Positions 1 through 10,223 are shown, counted from the stretch's first letter. The stretch: 64,000 nucleotides of DNA from an uncultured Candidatus Rokubacteria bacterium (GCA_963805625.1 CAWDVE010000017.1:921912-985911); one strand, 5' to 3'. Notes: generated by a model from the letters alone, not told the origin. Made by a program: numbers and translations.

Positions 1-837
1 ATGGCGGCGCGCACGCCAGCCATGACCGCGATGACGGCGATGACGCTCGATGGGCTGTCGGGCGGGCGAGTGCTCCTCGGCCTCGGCGTGTCCGGCCCCC
101 AGGTGGTCGAGGGCTGGCACGGGCAGCCGTTCGGGAAGCCCCTGGGCCGGACGCGCGAGTACGTGTCCATCGTGCGAGCCATCCTCGCGCGCCAGCGGCC
201 GCTCGAGCACATGGGGCAGTATTACCAGATCCCGTATCGCGGGTCCGACGCGACCGGCCTCGGGAAACCGCTCCGGAGCATCGTGCATGCGCGCGCCGAC
301 CTCCCGATCTACCTCGCCGCGATCGGGCCGAAGAACGTCGCGCTCGCCGCGGAGATCGCCGACGGCTGGCTGCCCGTGTTCTTCTCGCCGGGGCGCGCCG
401 GCCTCTTTCACCAGGCGCTCGCCGAGGGCTTCGCCCGGGCGGGCGTGTCGGGCAAGCGCGAGCGCTTCGACGTCGCCCCCATGGTGCCGGTGGTGGTGGG
501 TCGCGATGTGGACGCCTGCCGCGCCCAGGTGAAGCCCCGCCTGGCGCTGTACGTGGGGGGCATGGGGGCGCGGGGACGGAACTTCTACTTCGACCTCGCC
601 TGCCGCTACGGCTACGAGGAGGCGGCCACTCGCGTCCAGGGGCTATACCTGGCTGGCCGCCGGCCAGAGGCGGAGGCCGCGGTGCCGGACGCGCTCGTCG
701 ACGAGGTCGCGCTCTGCGGCCCGCCGGAGCGAATCCGGGAGCGCCTCACGGCGTGGCGCGAGGCCGGGGTGACCACGCTCGTCTGTTCGACAACCCAACC
801 TGAGGCGATCCGCCTGATGGCGGAGCTGGTTCTCTGA
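1..837 (+). CDS. LLM-class (probably F420-dependent) oxidoreductase, 5'-truncated by the window edge
   Basis: [37 protein letters not shown] and [16 protein letters not shown] motifs typical of luciferase-like monooxygenases. Confidence 0.85.
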   Translation: MAARTPAMTAMTAMTLDGLSGGRVLLGLGVSGPQVVEGWHGQPFGKPLGRTREYVSIVRAILARQRPLEHMGQYYQIPYRGSDATGLGKPLRSIVHARADLPIYLAAIGPKNVALAAEIADGWLPVFFSPGRAGLFHQALAEGFARAGVSGKRERFDVAPMVPVVVGRDVDACRAQVKPRLALYVGGMGARGRNFYFDLACRYGYEEAATRVQGLYLAGRRPEAEAAVPDALVDEVALCGPPERIRERLTAWREAGVTTLVCSTTQPEAIRLMAELVL

Positions 838-868
838 CCGACCGGCCCGTCACGTCGGCGACGGGTTA

Positions 869-913
869 GCTCCGCGGGCACCGAGCCGGGGCGAGACCCG
901 GCTCGGGCGGAGC
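869..913. terminator. GC-rich hairpin between convergent genes
   Basis: CCGAGCCGGG (881-890), loop GCGAGA, CCCGGCTCGG (897-906); outer GCTCCGC/GCGGAGC pair; no U-tract. Confidence 0.5.
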
Positions 914-926
914 GCCCTCGGCTCGC

Positions 927-1355
927 TCAGAAGAGGCGGCGGGCCTCCTGGAAGTCCCGGTCCCCCTGCAGCTCCGCCGCCAGGGCCTCGAGTGATCCAC
1001 GAGCTGACACCGTGTCGCCGCGGGCCGTGATCAGCTCGACCAGGACCTGCGCGCGCTCTCCCCACCCGCGGGCCTTCGCGGTGTAGCGCCAGGGATCCGG
1101 ATGGGTGAGCTTGCTCCGCTGGATCTCGTCACGCAGGCGCTCGGCTTGCTCGCCGAGGGTGGGTCCGGCCGCGGGGGGCGCGGGCCGCGCCGTCGCGGCG
1201 GCCCGCTTCGGGGGCGCGGCCGCCGGGGCCTTGGCGGCGGTCTTCGTCGCGGCCTTCGCCGTCTTCGTGGGCCTGGCCGCGGGGCTCGAAGCCGCCTTGG
1301 CCGGTTTGCTCGCTGCCTTCTTCGTCACGGAGCGCTTCCCTGTCTTCTTCGCCAC
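927..1355 (-). CDS. Hypothetical protein with histone H1-like Lys/Ala/Pro-rich N-terminus and a helical C-terminal domain
   Basis: GTG start after GAGGAGG SD; MAKKTGKRSVTKKAASKPAKAA... low-complexity basic tail. Confidence 0.75.
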   Translation of the reverse strand: MAKKTGKRSVTKKAASKPAKAASSPAARPTKTAKAATKTAAKAPAAAPPKRAAATARPAPPAAGPTLGEQAERLRDEIQRSKLTHPDPWRYTAKARGWGERAQVLVELITARGDTVSARGSLEALAAELQGDRDFQEARRLF

Positions 1356-1376
1356 GGTCTTGTCGTCCTCCTCGCG

Positions 1377-2240
1377 TCACTTCGGTGGGGGATCGAGTCG
1401 GTCGCCGGATTTCCTCTCAGGGTCGGACAGCCCGACCAGAGGGCGCACCAGATGATACAGCGCAAACACCTCGAGAGCGAACGGCGGGAACCCGAGATAT
1501 CCGGCCAGAGGCATCTCGAAGAGCCGCAGCGAGGGGAAGACGGGGACGCCCACGTACCGCCACTTGGCCAGGGCCCAGTAGTTCCAGAATTCCCAGAGAA
1601 CGCCGCACACGATCCCGGCGACGAGCCACCGTCGGATGAACCGCCGGTCACCGGCACGCCAGGCGGCCAGGAAGGACGGCCGCCCCGCGTGCGCGTTCAG
1701 AGGGTCCAGGAGCAGTACGAAGCCGAGCCACACGAAGCCGAAGGTCCACGGCCGCACGGCAGCCGGGAGGAATAGCGGAACGGTGACGAAGGCGACGCCG
1801 ACGGTCATTGCCAGGCGGAGTCCGACCGACAGGGGCACCGGCTCACGCGCCGTGGGCGGTGTGGGTAAAGACCCCGCCCCCAGCAGCGCGGCCGTCTCGA
1901 AGAGCGCGGGCCAGATCGTGGCGAAGGCCCAGGCGTACGCGACGGCGGCGACCCAGGGGGACTCGGGCACACCGAAATACGCCCAGTTCCGGAGGCGCGC
2001 GTTATAGCCTTCGAAGAGGAGCCAGAGCGGGATCGAGACGGTCGCCATGAGGGCGGCCTCCCGGGGCCTGTCGCGGAGTAGCGAGTGGCCGTCCCGCCGG
2101 AGGACCCAGGCATCCGCCAGCAGGATGTACGCCGTCCACATAATCGGTGTGTACCAGCGGGCCAGGGGGCCGATCTGCCACGGGAGCAGAGCCTGGTTCA
2201 CGAGGAGGACGAACGCCCCGAGCCATCCGTGCCACGCCAT
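1377..2240 (-). CDS. Polytopic membrane protein of unknown function
   Basis: Multiple hydrophobic segments; internally repeated W-LFE-YN / LWEFWNYW and W-Y-GVP motifs; AAGGAG SD. Confidence 0.75.
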   Translation of the reverse strand: MAWHGWLGAFVLLVNQALLPWQIGPLARWYTPIMWTAYILLADAWVLRRDGHSLLRDRPREAALMATVSIPLWLLFEGYNARLRNWAYFGVPESPWVAAVAYAWAFATIWPALFETAALLGAGSLPTPPTAREPVPLSVGLRLAMTVGVAFVTVPLFLPAAVRPWTFGFVWLGFVLLLDPLNAHAGRPSFLAAWRAGDRRFIRRWLVAGIVCGVLWEFWNYWALAKWRYVGVPVFPSLRLFEMPLAGYLGFPPFALEVFALYHLVRPLVGLSDPERKSGDRLDPPPK

Positions 2241-2263
2241 CTCCTTCTCTATATACTCGGAAC

Positions 2264-2461
2264 GTGTCGATCCTGACGCGTCTCCTCCGCCGCCTGAACC
2301 TGCGCTTCCCTACCCTCTTCGCGCTCTTCGCGCTGCTGACCCTGCTCGATCTCGTCCTGCCGGATCCGCTCCCGCTGGTCGACGAGCTCGGGCTCGCGCT
2401 CCTCACGCTCCTGCTCGGTCTCTGGCGCGATCGGCGACCCCCGCCGGCACTGGGACGCTAG
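2264..2461 (+). CDS. Small membrane protein (DUF6116-like)
   Basis: LRFPTLF..LLDLVLPDPLPLVDEL motif; GTG 6 nt after a TATACT -10 box. Confidence 0.7.
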   Translation: MSILTRLLRRLNLRFPTLFALFALLTLLDLVLPDPLPLVDELGLALLTLLLGLWRDRRPPPALGR

Positions 2462-2585
2462 CCCACGTGCGTCCGGCCCCGCGGAAGCGTGCCCAGGGCA
2501 CCGGTGCCGGGTGCGTGAGGTTGACCCGCGGGGGCGCCCGGGTGGAAAATGGCGACCAGATTTCCCGGTTCGAAAGGGGGCGTGC

Positions 2586-3680
2586 GTGCCGCGGACGAGA
2601 CTAGACGTCCCGTCGGTCGAGCATCTGTCGATCGTTGACGAGGAGGGTCGCGTCGACGAGTCGCTCGAGCCCCCAATTCCTCACGAGGACCTCCGCCGCC
2701 TTTACCGTACTTTTCTCCTCGGCCGGCGCTTCGACGAGCGGATGCTGCGCCTCCAGCGCCAGGGACGCATCGGCACCTTCGGGCCCATTCGCGGCCACGA
2801 GGCCGCCGTGCTGGGGAGCGTCTACGCGCTCCGCGCGACGGACTGGATGGTGCCCTACTATCGCGAGTGGCCCGCGTACATGTGGCGCGGCTGGCCGCTC
2901 GACAACCTCATCCTCTACTACGCGGGGTACGCCGAGGGGATGCGCGTTCCCGACGGTGTGCGGGATCTGCCGCTCTGCATCCCGATCGCGAGCCAGATTC
3001 CGCACGCGGTCGGCCTCGCCTGCGCGAGCCGGTACAAGGGCGAGGACAGCGTGACGATGGTCTACTTCGGCGACGGCGCCTCGTCCCACGGCGACTGCCA
3101 GGAGGCGATGAACTTCGCCGGCGTCTTCCAGGCTCCGCTGGTCTTCTTCTGCCTGAACAACCAGTGGGCCATCTCGCTGCCACGGGCGAAGCAGACCCAC
3201 GCGCGGACGCTCGCGCAGAAGGCGATCGCGTACGGCTTTCCCGGGATCCAGGTGGACGGCAACGACCTGCTCGCCTGCTACGTGGCGACGCGCGAGGCCG
3301 TCGATCGCGCGCGGCGCGGCGAGGGGCCAACGCTGATCGAGGCCCTGACATACCGGCTGTCGCTCCACACCACGGCGGACGACCCGACGAAATATCGCGA
3401 CGAAGCCGAGGTCAAGGAGTGGGAGGCCCGGGAGCCCTTCCCCCGGTTCCGGCGGTACCTCGAGGGGAAGGGCATCCTCGCCGCCGCCGGGGAAGCGGCG
3501 CTCGAGGCCGAGATCGACACGGAAATCCGGAACGCGGTCGAGCGCGCCGAGGCTCGGATGCAGGCGAACCTCGTCGACGGCTTCGAGCACGTCTACGCGG
3601 AGCCGACGCAGGAGCTGCGGGCCCAGCGCGAGGAGCTCTTGCGCGAGCTCGCCGTGGCCGGCGAGGCGGCACACGGGTAA
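2586..3680 (+). CDS. pdhA: Pyruvate/2-oxoacid dehydrogenase E1 alpha
   Basis: LQRQGRIG, TPP motif GDGASS...NNQWAIS, HTTADDP; GTG after GAAAGGGGG. Confidence 0.92.
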   Translation: MPRTRLDVPSVEHLSIVDEEGRVDESLEPPIPHEDLRRLYRTFLLGRRFDERMLRLQRQGRIGTFGPIRGHEAAVLGSVYALRATDWMVPYYREWPAYMWRGWPLDNLILYYAGYAEGMRVPDGVRDLPLCIPIASQIPHAVGLACASRYKGEDSVTMVYFGDGASSHGDCQEAMNFAGVFQAPLVFFCLNNQWAISLPRAKQTHARTLAQKAIAYGFPGIQVDGNDLLACYVATREAVDRARRGEGPTLIEALTYRLSLHTTADDPTKYRDEAEVKEWEAREPFPRFRRYLEGKGILAAAGEAALEAEIDTEIRNAVERAEARMQANLVDGFEHVYAEPTQELRAQREELLRELAVAGEAAHG

Positions 3681-3719
3681 TGCACCGGACGGCACCCGAG
3701 GACCGACGAGGAGCCGGCG

Positions 3720-4709
3720 ATGACTGAGCCCCGGAAGCTGACGATGGTCCAGGCCATCAACCTCGCCCTCATGCAGGAGATGGAGCGGGACGACGACGTC
3801 CTGGTGCTCGGCGAGGACATCGGCGTCGACGGGGGCGTGTTCCGCGTGACGGACGGCCTCCTCGCGAAGTTCGGGGAGCAGCGCGTCATCGACACGCCGC
3901 TGGCCGAGGGCGCCATCGTGGGCATGGCCATCGGCATGGCGATCTACGGGCTGAAGCCCGTGCCGGAGATCCAGTTCTCCGGCTTCTCCTTCCAGGCCTT
4001 CCACCAGATCGAGAATCACGCGGCGCGATACCGGGCCCGAACGCGGGGGCGCTATCACATCCAAATGGTCGTGCGGATGCCATACGGCGGTGGCGTGCGC
4101 GCCCTCGAGCACCACTCCGAGAGCGAAGAGGCGTACTACGCGCACACGCCGGGCCTGAAGATCGTGATCCCGTCCAGCCCCCGGTCCGCGCGCGCCCTCC
4201 TGGTCAGTGCGATCCGCGATCCGGACACGGTGATCTTCTTCGAGCCGAAGGCCCTCTACCACGCCGTCAAGGAGGAGGTCCCGGTGGCCGAGGAGGCCTG
4301 GCCCATCGGGAAGGCGCGCGTCGCCCGGGAGGGCAAGGACCTGACGCTGATCGCCTACGGGGCCATGCTCCACCGCTGCCTCGAGGTCGCCGAGCGGGTC
4401 CACGCTGAGGACGGGGCCGAGGTCGAGGTGGTCGACCTCCTGTCGATCTCGCCCATGGACACGGAGACGATCGCCGCGTCCGCCCGCAAGACGGGGCGCG
4501 TGGTCGTCGCCCATGAGGCCCAGCGCAGCTTTGGCGTCGGCGCCGAGGTCGTGGCGCGGGTCGTGGAGACCGCCTTCCTCCAGCTCGAAGCGCCCGTGCG
4601 GCGCGTCACCGCGTTCGACATCGTCTACCCGGGCTTCGCGCGCGAGCGCGGCTGGCTGCCGGGGCCGGACCGCGTGCTGCGCGCCGTCCGGGAAACGCTC
4701 GCCTTCTAG
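3720..4709 (+). CDS. pdhB: Pyruvate/2-oxoacid dehydrogenase E1 beta
   Basis: GEDIGVDGGVFRVT, DTPLAE, EIQF, HSES motifs. Confidence 0.92.
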   Translation: MTEPRKLTMVQAINLALMQEMERDDDVLVLGEDIGVDGGVFRVTDGLLAKFGEQRVIDTPLAEGAIVGMAIGMAIYGLKPVPEIQFSGFSFQAFHQIENHAARYRARTRGRYHIQMVVRMPYGGGVRALEHHSESEEAYYAHTPGLKIVIPSSPRSARALLVSAIRDPDTVIFFEPKALYHAVKEEVPVAEEAWPIGKARVAREGKDLTLIAYGAMLHRCLEVAERVHAEDGAEVEVVDLLSISPMDTETIAASARKTGRVVVAHEAQRSFGVGAEVVARVVETAFLQLEAPVRRVTAFDIVYPGFARERGWLPGPDRVLRAVRETLAF

Positions 4710-4743
4710 CCGGCGCCAGGGTCGCGCCGCGCCTCCGCGTCCG

Positions 4744-6066
4744 ATGGCGAGAGACTTCAAGCTGCCCGACCTCGGAGAAGGTCTCACCGAGGCCGAGATC
4801 GTCCGCGTTCTCGTCGCCCAGGGCGACGAGATCAAGGAGGATCAGGCCGTCCTCCTCGTGGAGACCGAGAAGGCCCAGGTGGAGCTGCCCTCGCCCTTCG
4901 GCGGACGCGTGGCCGCCGTGCACGTCCAGGCCGGCCAGCGCGTGAAGGTCGGTGCGGTGCTACTGAGCTTCGCCGACGGGGGAGGCGCTGTCCGGACCGC
5001 GCCGCTGGCGGCCGCGCCGCCGGTACGTGCCGCCGCTCCCGCGCCAAGCGCCTCGGCGCCGCCCGCGCCGCCCGTGACCGGCCTTCCGCCCGCAGCCACG
5101 CCCTCCACCCGCCGGCTCGCGCGCGAGCTCGGCGTGGACCTCGGGCACGTCCGCGGAACGGGCCCCGGCGGCCGAGTCTCGGACGAGGACGTTCGAGCCG
5201 CTGCGGGCGCGCGCGGCGTGGCCCCGGCGCCGGCCGCGCCGAGCCCGCCGGCGCCGCCGTCCTCGAGCGCCGCGAGGCCCCCGGCCCCGGCCGGGCCGGC
5301 CGAGGCCGCCCGGCCTCTGGCTGGCCCCATCGCTCTGTCCCCGCTCCCGCGGTTCGAGCAGTGGGGGCCGGTCGAGCGGGAGCCGCTCCGCGGGATCCGG
5401 CGGCGCAGCGCCGAGCACCTGTCGCTCGCCTGGGCGGTGATCCCGCACGTCACCCAGCACGACGAGGCCGACGTCACCGAGCTCGAGACGATGCGGCGCC
5501 GCCACCAGAAGCGGGGAGGCGAGGGAAGCGCAGACCTGACCCTGACGGCTTTCCTGATCAAGGCGGTGGCGACCGCCCTCCGGACGCACCCGCGCTTCAA
5601 CGCGAGCCTGGACCAGGCGACGGGTGAGCTTGTCCTCAAGCGTTACTACAACATCGGCGTCGCGGTGGACACGGGCCAGGGGCTCGTGGTCCCGGTGGTG
5701 CGGGGCGTCGACGGCAAGGGGATTCGAGACCTGGCGGCCGAGCTCGCGCGGCTCGTCACGCGAACGCGCGAGGGAAAGGCGACCCTCGAGGATCTCCGGA
5801 GCGGGACGTTCACCGTGACCAACACCGGAGCCCTCGGAGGCACCGGCGCCACGCCGATCATCAACTATCCCGAGGTCGCGATCCTCGGCGTCGGTCGCGC
5901 TCGTCCGACGCCGGTCGTCCGGGACGGCCAGATCGTGCCGCGGCTCGTCCTGCCGCTATCGCTTGCCTTCGACCACCGGGTCATCGACGGCATGGAGGCG
6001 GCGCGCTTCTCCACCGAACTCGTCGGCCTCCTCGAAGCTCCCGAGCGCCTCTTCCTCGAGGGGTAG
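4744..6066 (+). CDS. pdhC: Dihydrolipoamide acyltransferase E2
   Basis: Lipoyl domain LPDLGEGL..VETEKA, binding domain ATPSTRRLARELG..GTGPGGRV, catalytic DHRVIDG. Confidence 0.92.
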   Translation: MARDFKLPDLGEGLTEAEIVRVLVAQGDEIKEDQAVLLVETEKAQVELPSPFGGRVAAVHVQAGQRVKVGAVLLSFADGGGAVRTAPLAAAPPVRAAAPAPSASAPPAPPVTGLPPAATPSTRRLARELGVDLGHVRGTGPGGRVSDEDVRAAAGARGVAPAPAAPSPPAPPSSSAARPPAPAGPAEAARPLAGPIALSPLPRFEQWGPVEREPLRGIRRRSAEHLSLAWAVIPHVTQHDEADVTELETMRRRHQKRGGEGSADLTLTAFLIKAVATALRTHPRFNASLDQATGELVLKRYYNIGVAVDTGQGLVVPVVRGVDGKGIRDLAAELARLVTRTREGKATLEDLRSGTFTVTNTGALGGTGATPIINYPEVAILGVGRARPTPVVRDGQIVPRLVLPLSLAFDHRVIDGMEAARFSTELVGLLEAPERLFLEG

Positions 6067-6080
6067 GGAGGCCGGCGTCC

Positions 6081-7505
6081 GTGGTCATGGGCGAGCTACC
6101 CCGCGAGGCCGACGTCGTCGTCCTGGGGGGCGGCCCGGGCGGGTATGCGGCCGCCTTCCGCGCCGCCGATCTCGGGCTCGACACCGTCCTCGTCGAGGCG
6201 CGCGGCGCGCTCGGCGGTGAGTGCCTCCACGTCGGCTGCATTCCTTCCAAGGCGCTCCTCGGCATCGCCGCGCTGATCCACGACGCAGCCGAGGCGGCGG
6301 ACGCGGGCGTCGCGTTCGGCCCGCCTCGCGTCGATGCCGCGAAGCTGCGCGCCTGGACCCAGCGGTCCATCGGTCGCCTCGCCCAGGGGCTGGCTGCCCT
6401 CGCCAAGGCGCGCGGCGTCGACGTGGTGGCGGGCCGCGGGCGCTTCGAGACCGACGGCTCGATCCGGGTGTCGCGCGACGACGCGCCGCCGGCGACGCTC
6501 AGGTTCAAGCACGTGATCATCGCCACGGGCTCGCGGCCCGCGGCGCTCCCCGGGCTCGAGCCCGGCCCTCGCGTGTGGGATTCGACCGCGGCGCTCGAGC
6601 TGTCCGCCGTGCCGGCGCGGCTCCTGGTGGTGGGCGGCGGCTACATCGGGCTCGAGCTCGGGAGCGTCTACGCGGCGCTCGGGACCGAGGTCACGGTGGT
6701 GGAGCTCCTCGACGGAATTCTGCCGGGGGTCGATCGGGACCTGGTGACACCGCTCGCCCGCCGGCTCGGAAAGCGGTTCAAGCAGATCCTGCTCGGGACC
6801 AAGCTCACGGGAATGCGCGACGAGGGGGGCGTTCTGACCGTGGAGCTGGCCAGCGAAGGGGCGCCGAAGCACCTCGAGGTCGACCAGCTCCTGGTGGCAG
6901 TGGGGCGACGTCCCCTCACGGACGATCTCGGGCTCGAGCACACCCGCGCGGCGCGGGACGCGCGCGGCTTCATCGTGGTGGACGCCCAGCGCCGCACGGC
7001 GGACACACGAGTGTTCGCCATCGGGGACGTGGCGGGCGAGCCGATGCTCGCCCACAAGGCGATGGCGGAGGGCCTGGTCGCGGCGGAGGCCGCCGCCGGG
7101 CGCCCGGCCGCGTTCGAGCCACTGGCGATCCCGGCGGTCGTGTTCACGGATCCGGAGGTCGCGTGGTGCGGCCTGATGGAGGCGGAGGCGCGCGCCCGTG
7201 GCATCGAGGCGCGAACGGCGAAGGTCCCGTGGAGCGCGTCGGGACGCGCCGTCGCCATGGGGCGGCTTGATGGGCTGACCAAGCTCGTGTTCGAGACCGC
7301 ATCCGGCCGGCTGCTTGGAGTGGGCCTGGTCGGGCCCCATGCCGGCGACCTGCTCGCCGAGGGCACGCTCGCCGTCGAGATGGGTGCGGTGGCCGAGGAC
7401 CTCGCCGGGACGATTCATATGCACCCCACGCTTTCCGAGACATTGGGCGAGGCGGCTGAGCTCTTCCTCGGACGCCCGATCCACCTTCCGCCGCCACGCT
7501 CCTGA
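6081..7505 (+). CDS. lpdA: Dihydrolipoyl dehydrogenase E3
   Basis: GGGPGGY, CLHVGCIPSK redox disulfide, HPTLSE. Confidence 0.95.
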   Translation: MVMGELPREADVVVLGGGPGGYAAAFRAADLGLDTVLVEARGALGGECLHVGCIPSKALLGIAALIHDAAEAADAGVAFGPPRVDAAKLRAWTQRSIGRLAQGLAALAKARGVDVVAGRGRFETDGSIRVSRDDAPPATLRFKHVIIATGSRPAALPGLEPGPRVWDSTAALELSAVPARLLVVGGGYIGLELGSVYAALGTEVTVVELLDGILPGVDRDLVTPLARRLGKRFKQILLGTKLTGMRDEGGVLTVELASEGAPKHLEVDQLLVAVGRRPLTDDLGLEHTRAARDARGFIVVDAQRRTADTRVFAIGDVAGEPMLAHKAMAEGLVAAEAAAGRPAAFEPLAIPAVVFTDPEVAWCGLMEAEARARGIEARTAKVPWSASGRAVAMGRLDGLTKLVFETASGRLLGVGLVGPHAGDLLAEGTLAVEMGAVAEDLAGTIHMHPTLSETLGEAAELFLGRPIHLPPPRS

Positions 7506-7596
7506 CGCGCGTCCTCGTCCCTCCGGGCTGAGCCCCGCGGCGCCGCGCGCCACCTCGCTACTGCCTCGCCGCCACGTTGCTGCCAGTAGCGGGTCG

Positions 7597-8865
7597 ATGA
7601 GTCGCCCGGTCCTCCTCGCCGCGCTGGGCGTCCTGACGGTCTCGCTGGACACCGCCGTCAACATCGCTTTCCCGGCAATCTCCGCCGCGTTCCAGGTAGC
7701 GGCCACCTCGATCCAATGGATCGTCCTCACCTACATGGTCACCTTCGCCATCGCCCTCATTCCCGCCGGCTGGCTTGCCGACCGGATCGGACATGCACGC
7801 GTCTTCCAGGGAGGTCTCGCCCTCACTGGCGTGGCGCACGTCCTGTGCGGGCTCGCGCCGGCGTGGACGTGGCTGCTCGGGGCGCGCGTCGTGCAGGGGC
7901 TGGGGGCGGCGCTCGTGATGGCGAGCGCACCCGCCCTCGTCACCCTGTCGATGGAAGCGGACCGGCGCGGACGGGCCCTCGGCCGGCTGGGACTGGCGGC
8001 GAGTCTCGGTGCTGTCGTGGGACCCCTCGGAGGCGGGGTCCTCATCGAGGCGCTGGGCTGGCGTGTCGCGTACCTGGGGCGGCTCCCCCTCGTGGCGGTC
8101 GCGCTCGGGCTATGCTGGGCGCTCCCCGAGAGGACGGTGTCGCCGAGATCGACCCATCCCGACATTGGCCCCCCGCCGCCGGCCGTCCTGGGGGACGCCC
8201 CGCCCGTGGGGAGCGTCGCCAGGGGCCTCATCGACCCCCGGACCTTCGCGCTCGCGAACGCGGCGCATCTTCTTGCGTTCGTGGCGCTCTTCGCCGTCTG
8301 GCTCCTCGTACCCTACTACTTGATCGACCGGCGAGGCTTCTCGGCGGGGTTGGGGGGCGTCCTTTTCACGACCGGGCCGCTCGCGCAGGCGTGCGCAGCC
8401 CCGCTGGGGGGGCGGCTGGCCGATCGGGGCGCCGGCCGCTGGCTCGCACCGCTGGCCCTTGCCATCGAGGGCGTCGGGCTCTGGCTCACGGGACGTCTCG
8501 ACGACGTTGCGACCCCGGCGCGCATTTCCTTGGCCCTCGGGCTCGGCGGCTTCGGCTCCGGGCTCTTCCTCGTCGCCAACATGCACTACGTCATGGCCGC
8601 GCTGTCACCGTCGCGCCAGGGCATGGCGGGGAGCTTGGTCGCGCTCATGCGGACGGCGGGGGTTGTCGTGGGGGCGAACGTGACGACCGCCGTCTACGCT
8701 GCGCGCCTGGCTGCCCACGCCCATCTCGGGGAGGGGGGAGCCGCCTCATCGGCCTTCACCGACGCCTTCGGCGTGGCGGCGGCGGTCGCGGGGGCCGCGG
8801 CGCTCCTGAGCCTGGTGCCACCACGCGCGCGCGATGCGGCCGGCGGCAGCACCTCCACGCCTTGA
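7597..8865 (+). CDS. MFS transporter (DHA2-like drug/H+ antiporter)
   Basis: LDTAVNIAFPAI, GWLADRIG motif A, many TM segments. Confidence 0.85.
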   Translation: MSRPVLLAALGVLTVSLDTAVNIAFPAISAAFQVAATSIQWIVLTYMVTFAIALIPAGWLADRIGHARVFQGGLALTGVAHVLCGLAPAWTWLLGARVVQGLGAALVMASAPALVTLSMEADRRGRALGRLGLAASLGAVVGPLGGGVLIEALGWRVAYLGRLPLVAVALGLCWALPERTVSPRSTHPDIGPPPPAVLGDAPPVGSVARGLIDPRTFALANAAHLLAFVALFAVWLLVPYYLIDRRGFSAGLGGVLFTTGPLAQACAAPLGGRLADRGAGRWLAPLALAIEGVGLWLTGRLDDVATPARISLALGLGGFGSGLFLVANMHYVMAALSPSRQGMAGSLVALMRTAGVVVGANVTTAVYAARLAAHAHLGEGGAASSAFTDAFGVAAAVAGAAALLSLVPPRARDAAGGSTSTP

Positions 8866-8891
8866 CACCCCTCGCGCGACCGGTGTATACC
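8862..8891 (+). promoter_or_regulatory. Putative sigma70 promoter for the CMD-family gene
   Basis: TTGACA (8862) and TATACC (8886), 18-nt spacer. Confidence 0.5.
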
Positions 8892-8932
8892 CCGTCGCGA
8901 CGGCGTCGCCGTTCGGACGCGAGGGCCCTTCC

Positions 8933-9514
8933 GTGACGCGTATCCCCGAGCCGAGCCGAGATCAGCTGGACCCCGAGGTGCGGGAGCTCTACGACCGCAT
9001 CGCCCGGACGCGCGGCGCCACGCGCGGACCGTACGTCGTCCTGCTTCATCACCCAGCCCTGTGCGAGCGCGTCGCCGCGCTCGGCGAGCTGCTGCGCTTC
9101 GGGTCGGGGTTGCCGGGCGCGGACCGCGAGCTCGCGATCCTCACCGCCGGCCGCGAGGCCGAGGCGCCTTACGAGTGGGCAGCCCACGAGCCCATCGCGC
9201 TCCGGGAGGGCACCCGGACCGAGGCGATCGCGGTCGTGCGCGAGGACCGACCGACGCACGGGCTCCGGCCGCGCGAGGCCGTCATCGTCGACACCGTGCG
9301 CGCGATCTATCGAGCCCGCCACCTCACGGCCGATCAGTTCGCGCGCGCCGACACGGAGCTCGGACGCCAAGGTTTGATCGAGCTCGTGACGCTCGCGGGC
9401 TACTACGGGATGATCGCCGCGATCCTCAACGCCTACGAGGTGGATCTACCTCCCGGCACGACCCCCGCCTTTGGCCGCCGAGCGGGTGGCGAGGCCTCCC
9501 CGGAGAGACGCTAG
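8933..9514 (+). CDS. Carboxymuconolactone decarboxylase/AhpD-like protein
   Basis: GPY-VLLHHP, RELAIL..AR..YEWAAH, LIELVTLAGYY. Confidence 0.85.
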   Translation: MTRIPEPSRDQLDPEVRELYDRIARTRGATRGPYVVLLHHPALCERVAALGELLRFGSGLPGADRELAILTAGREAEAPYEWAAHEPIALREGTRTEAIAVVREDRPTHGLRPREAVIVDTVRAIYRARHLTADQFARADTELGRQGLIELVTLAGYYGMIAAILNAYEVDLPPGTTPAFGRRAGGEASPERR

Positions 9515-9546
9515 ACGATCGCAGGGTCCGCCCGAGCCCGCGGCGC

Positions 9547-10065
9547 TCACCGCTGATCGGCCAGAGCGCGGATCCAGTTGTGATGGGCCTCGTAGTGCTC
9601 CCACGTGTTGCCGGCAATCCACGCCGCCGCCGCACCGCCATCGCTCTCCGCGCCGGGTGGAACGACGTCCGCGACCGTGCCGGCGACGGCGCGATCACCG
9701 AGGGCGGCGAGCCTGGCGCGCGCCGCCCGGTGGCTCGCCCGGGCAGCGTTCAGGACCTCGGTCAGCGGGCGGTGCCGGTGGCGGGTGAAGATCGCGGCGT
9801 TCACGGTGTCCTCGTCCTGGGCGAGCGTGGCCTCGTCGAGACCGAGCGCCTCGTGAGTCGGCCGCCCCGCCAGACGAGCCAGGAACGCATCCTCCCAGGC
9901 GGCCACGTGCATGACGTGGTCCTTCACTGCCCATCCCGCTGGATCGCGGATGTCGGTGAGCTGGGCCTGGGTGAGACGGCCCAGGGGGCTCTCGAGGGCC
10001 TCCCACGCCCGATCCAGCCGGGACAGGAGCTCCGCCGTCGTCTTCGGGGTCGAGTCGCTCATCAT
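9547..10065 (-). CDS. DinB / ClbS-DfsB-like four-helix bundle protein
   Basis: GWAVKDHVMHVAAWE and NTWEHYEAH metal-binding His pattern. Confidence 0.8.
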   Translation of the reverse strand: MMSDSTPKTTAELLSRLDRAWEALESPLGRLTQAQLTDIRDPAGWAVKDHVMHVAAWEDAFLARLAGRPTHEALGLDEATLAQDEDTVNAAIFTRHRHRPLTEVLNAARASHRAARARLAALGDRAVAGTVADVVPPGAESDGGAAAAWIAGNTWEHYEAHHNWIRALADQR

Positions 10066-10223
10066 CCACCTCCCGGGAAGGGGTCAGCGAGTGAACTGCC
10101 TCGATGGGCTCAGACCCCGGACCTGGCCGCGCGTGAAATCCATCCCGCCAGCGGGTCTGGCGCGGGCGGGAGTCCGGCCCGCGGTTCCCCGGCTCACCGT
10201 GGAGGGGTTATCCTGTCAGCGGG

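Noticed and set aside
2601-4835. Long antisense or alternate-frame ORFs (e.g. 2601-4835, 22970-25795, 38897-41410, 46182-48071)
   Set aside because: Shadow ORFs of well-supported genes, expected at this GC content; no recognisable motifs.
5000-5340. Pro/Ala-rich repeats within E2
   Set aside because: Ordinary flexible linkers of dihydrolipoamide acyltransferases.
7502-7599. lpdA-MFS spacer as another bridge ORF
   Set aside because: Needs two CTG starts and the first frame stops at 7531; too weak.
10066-10223. Possible riboswitch in the DinB/hydrolase divergent spacer
   Set aside because: No TPP, SAM, cobalamin or FMN core motifs recognised on either strand.
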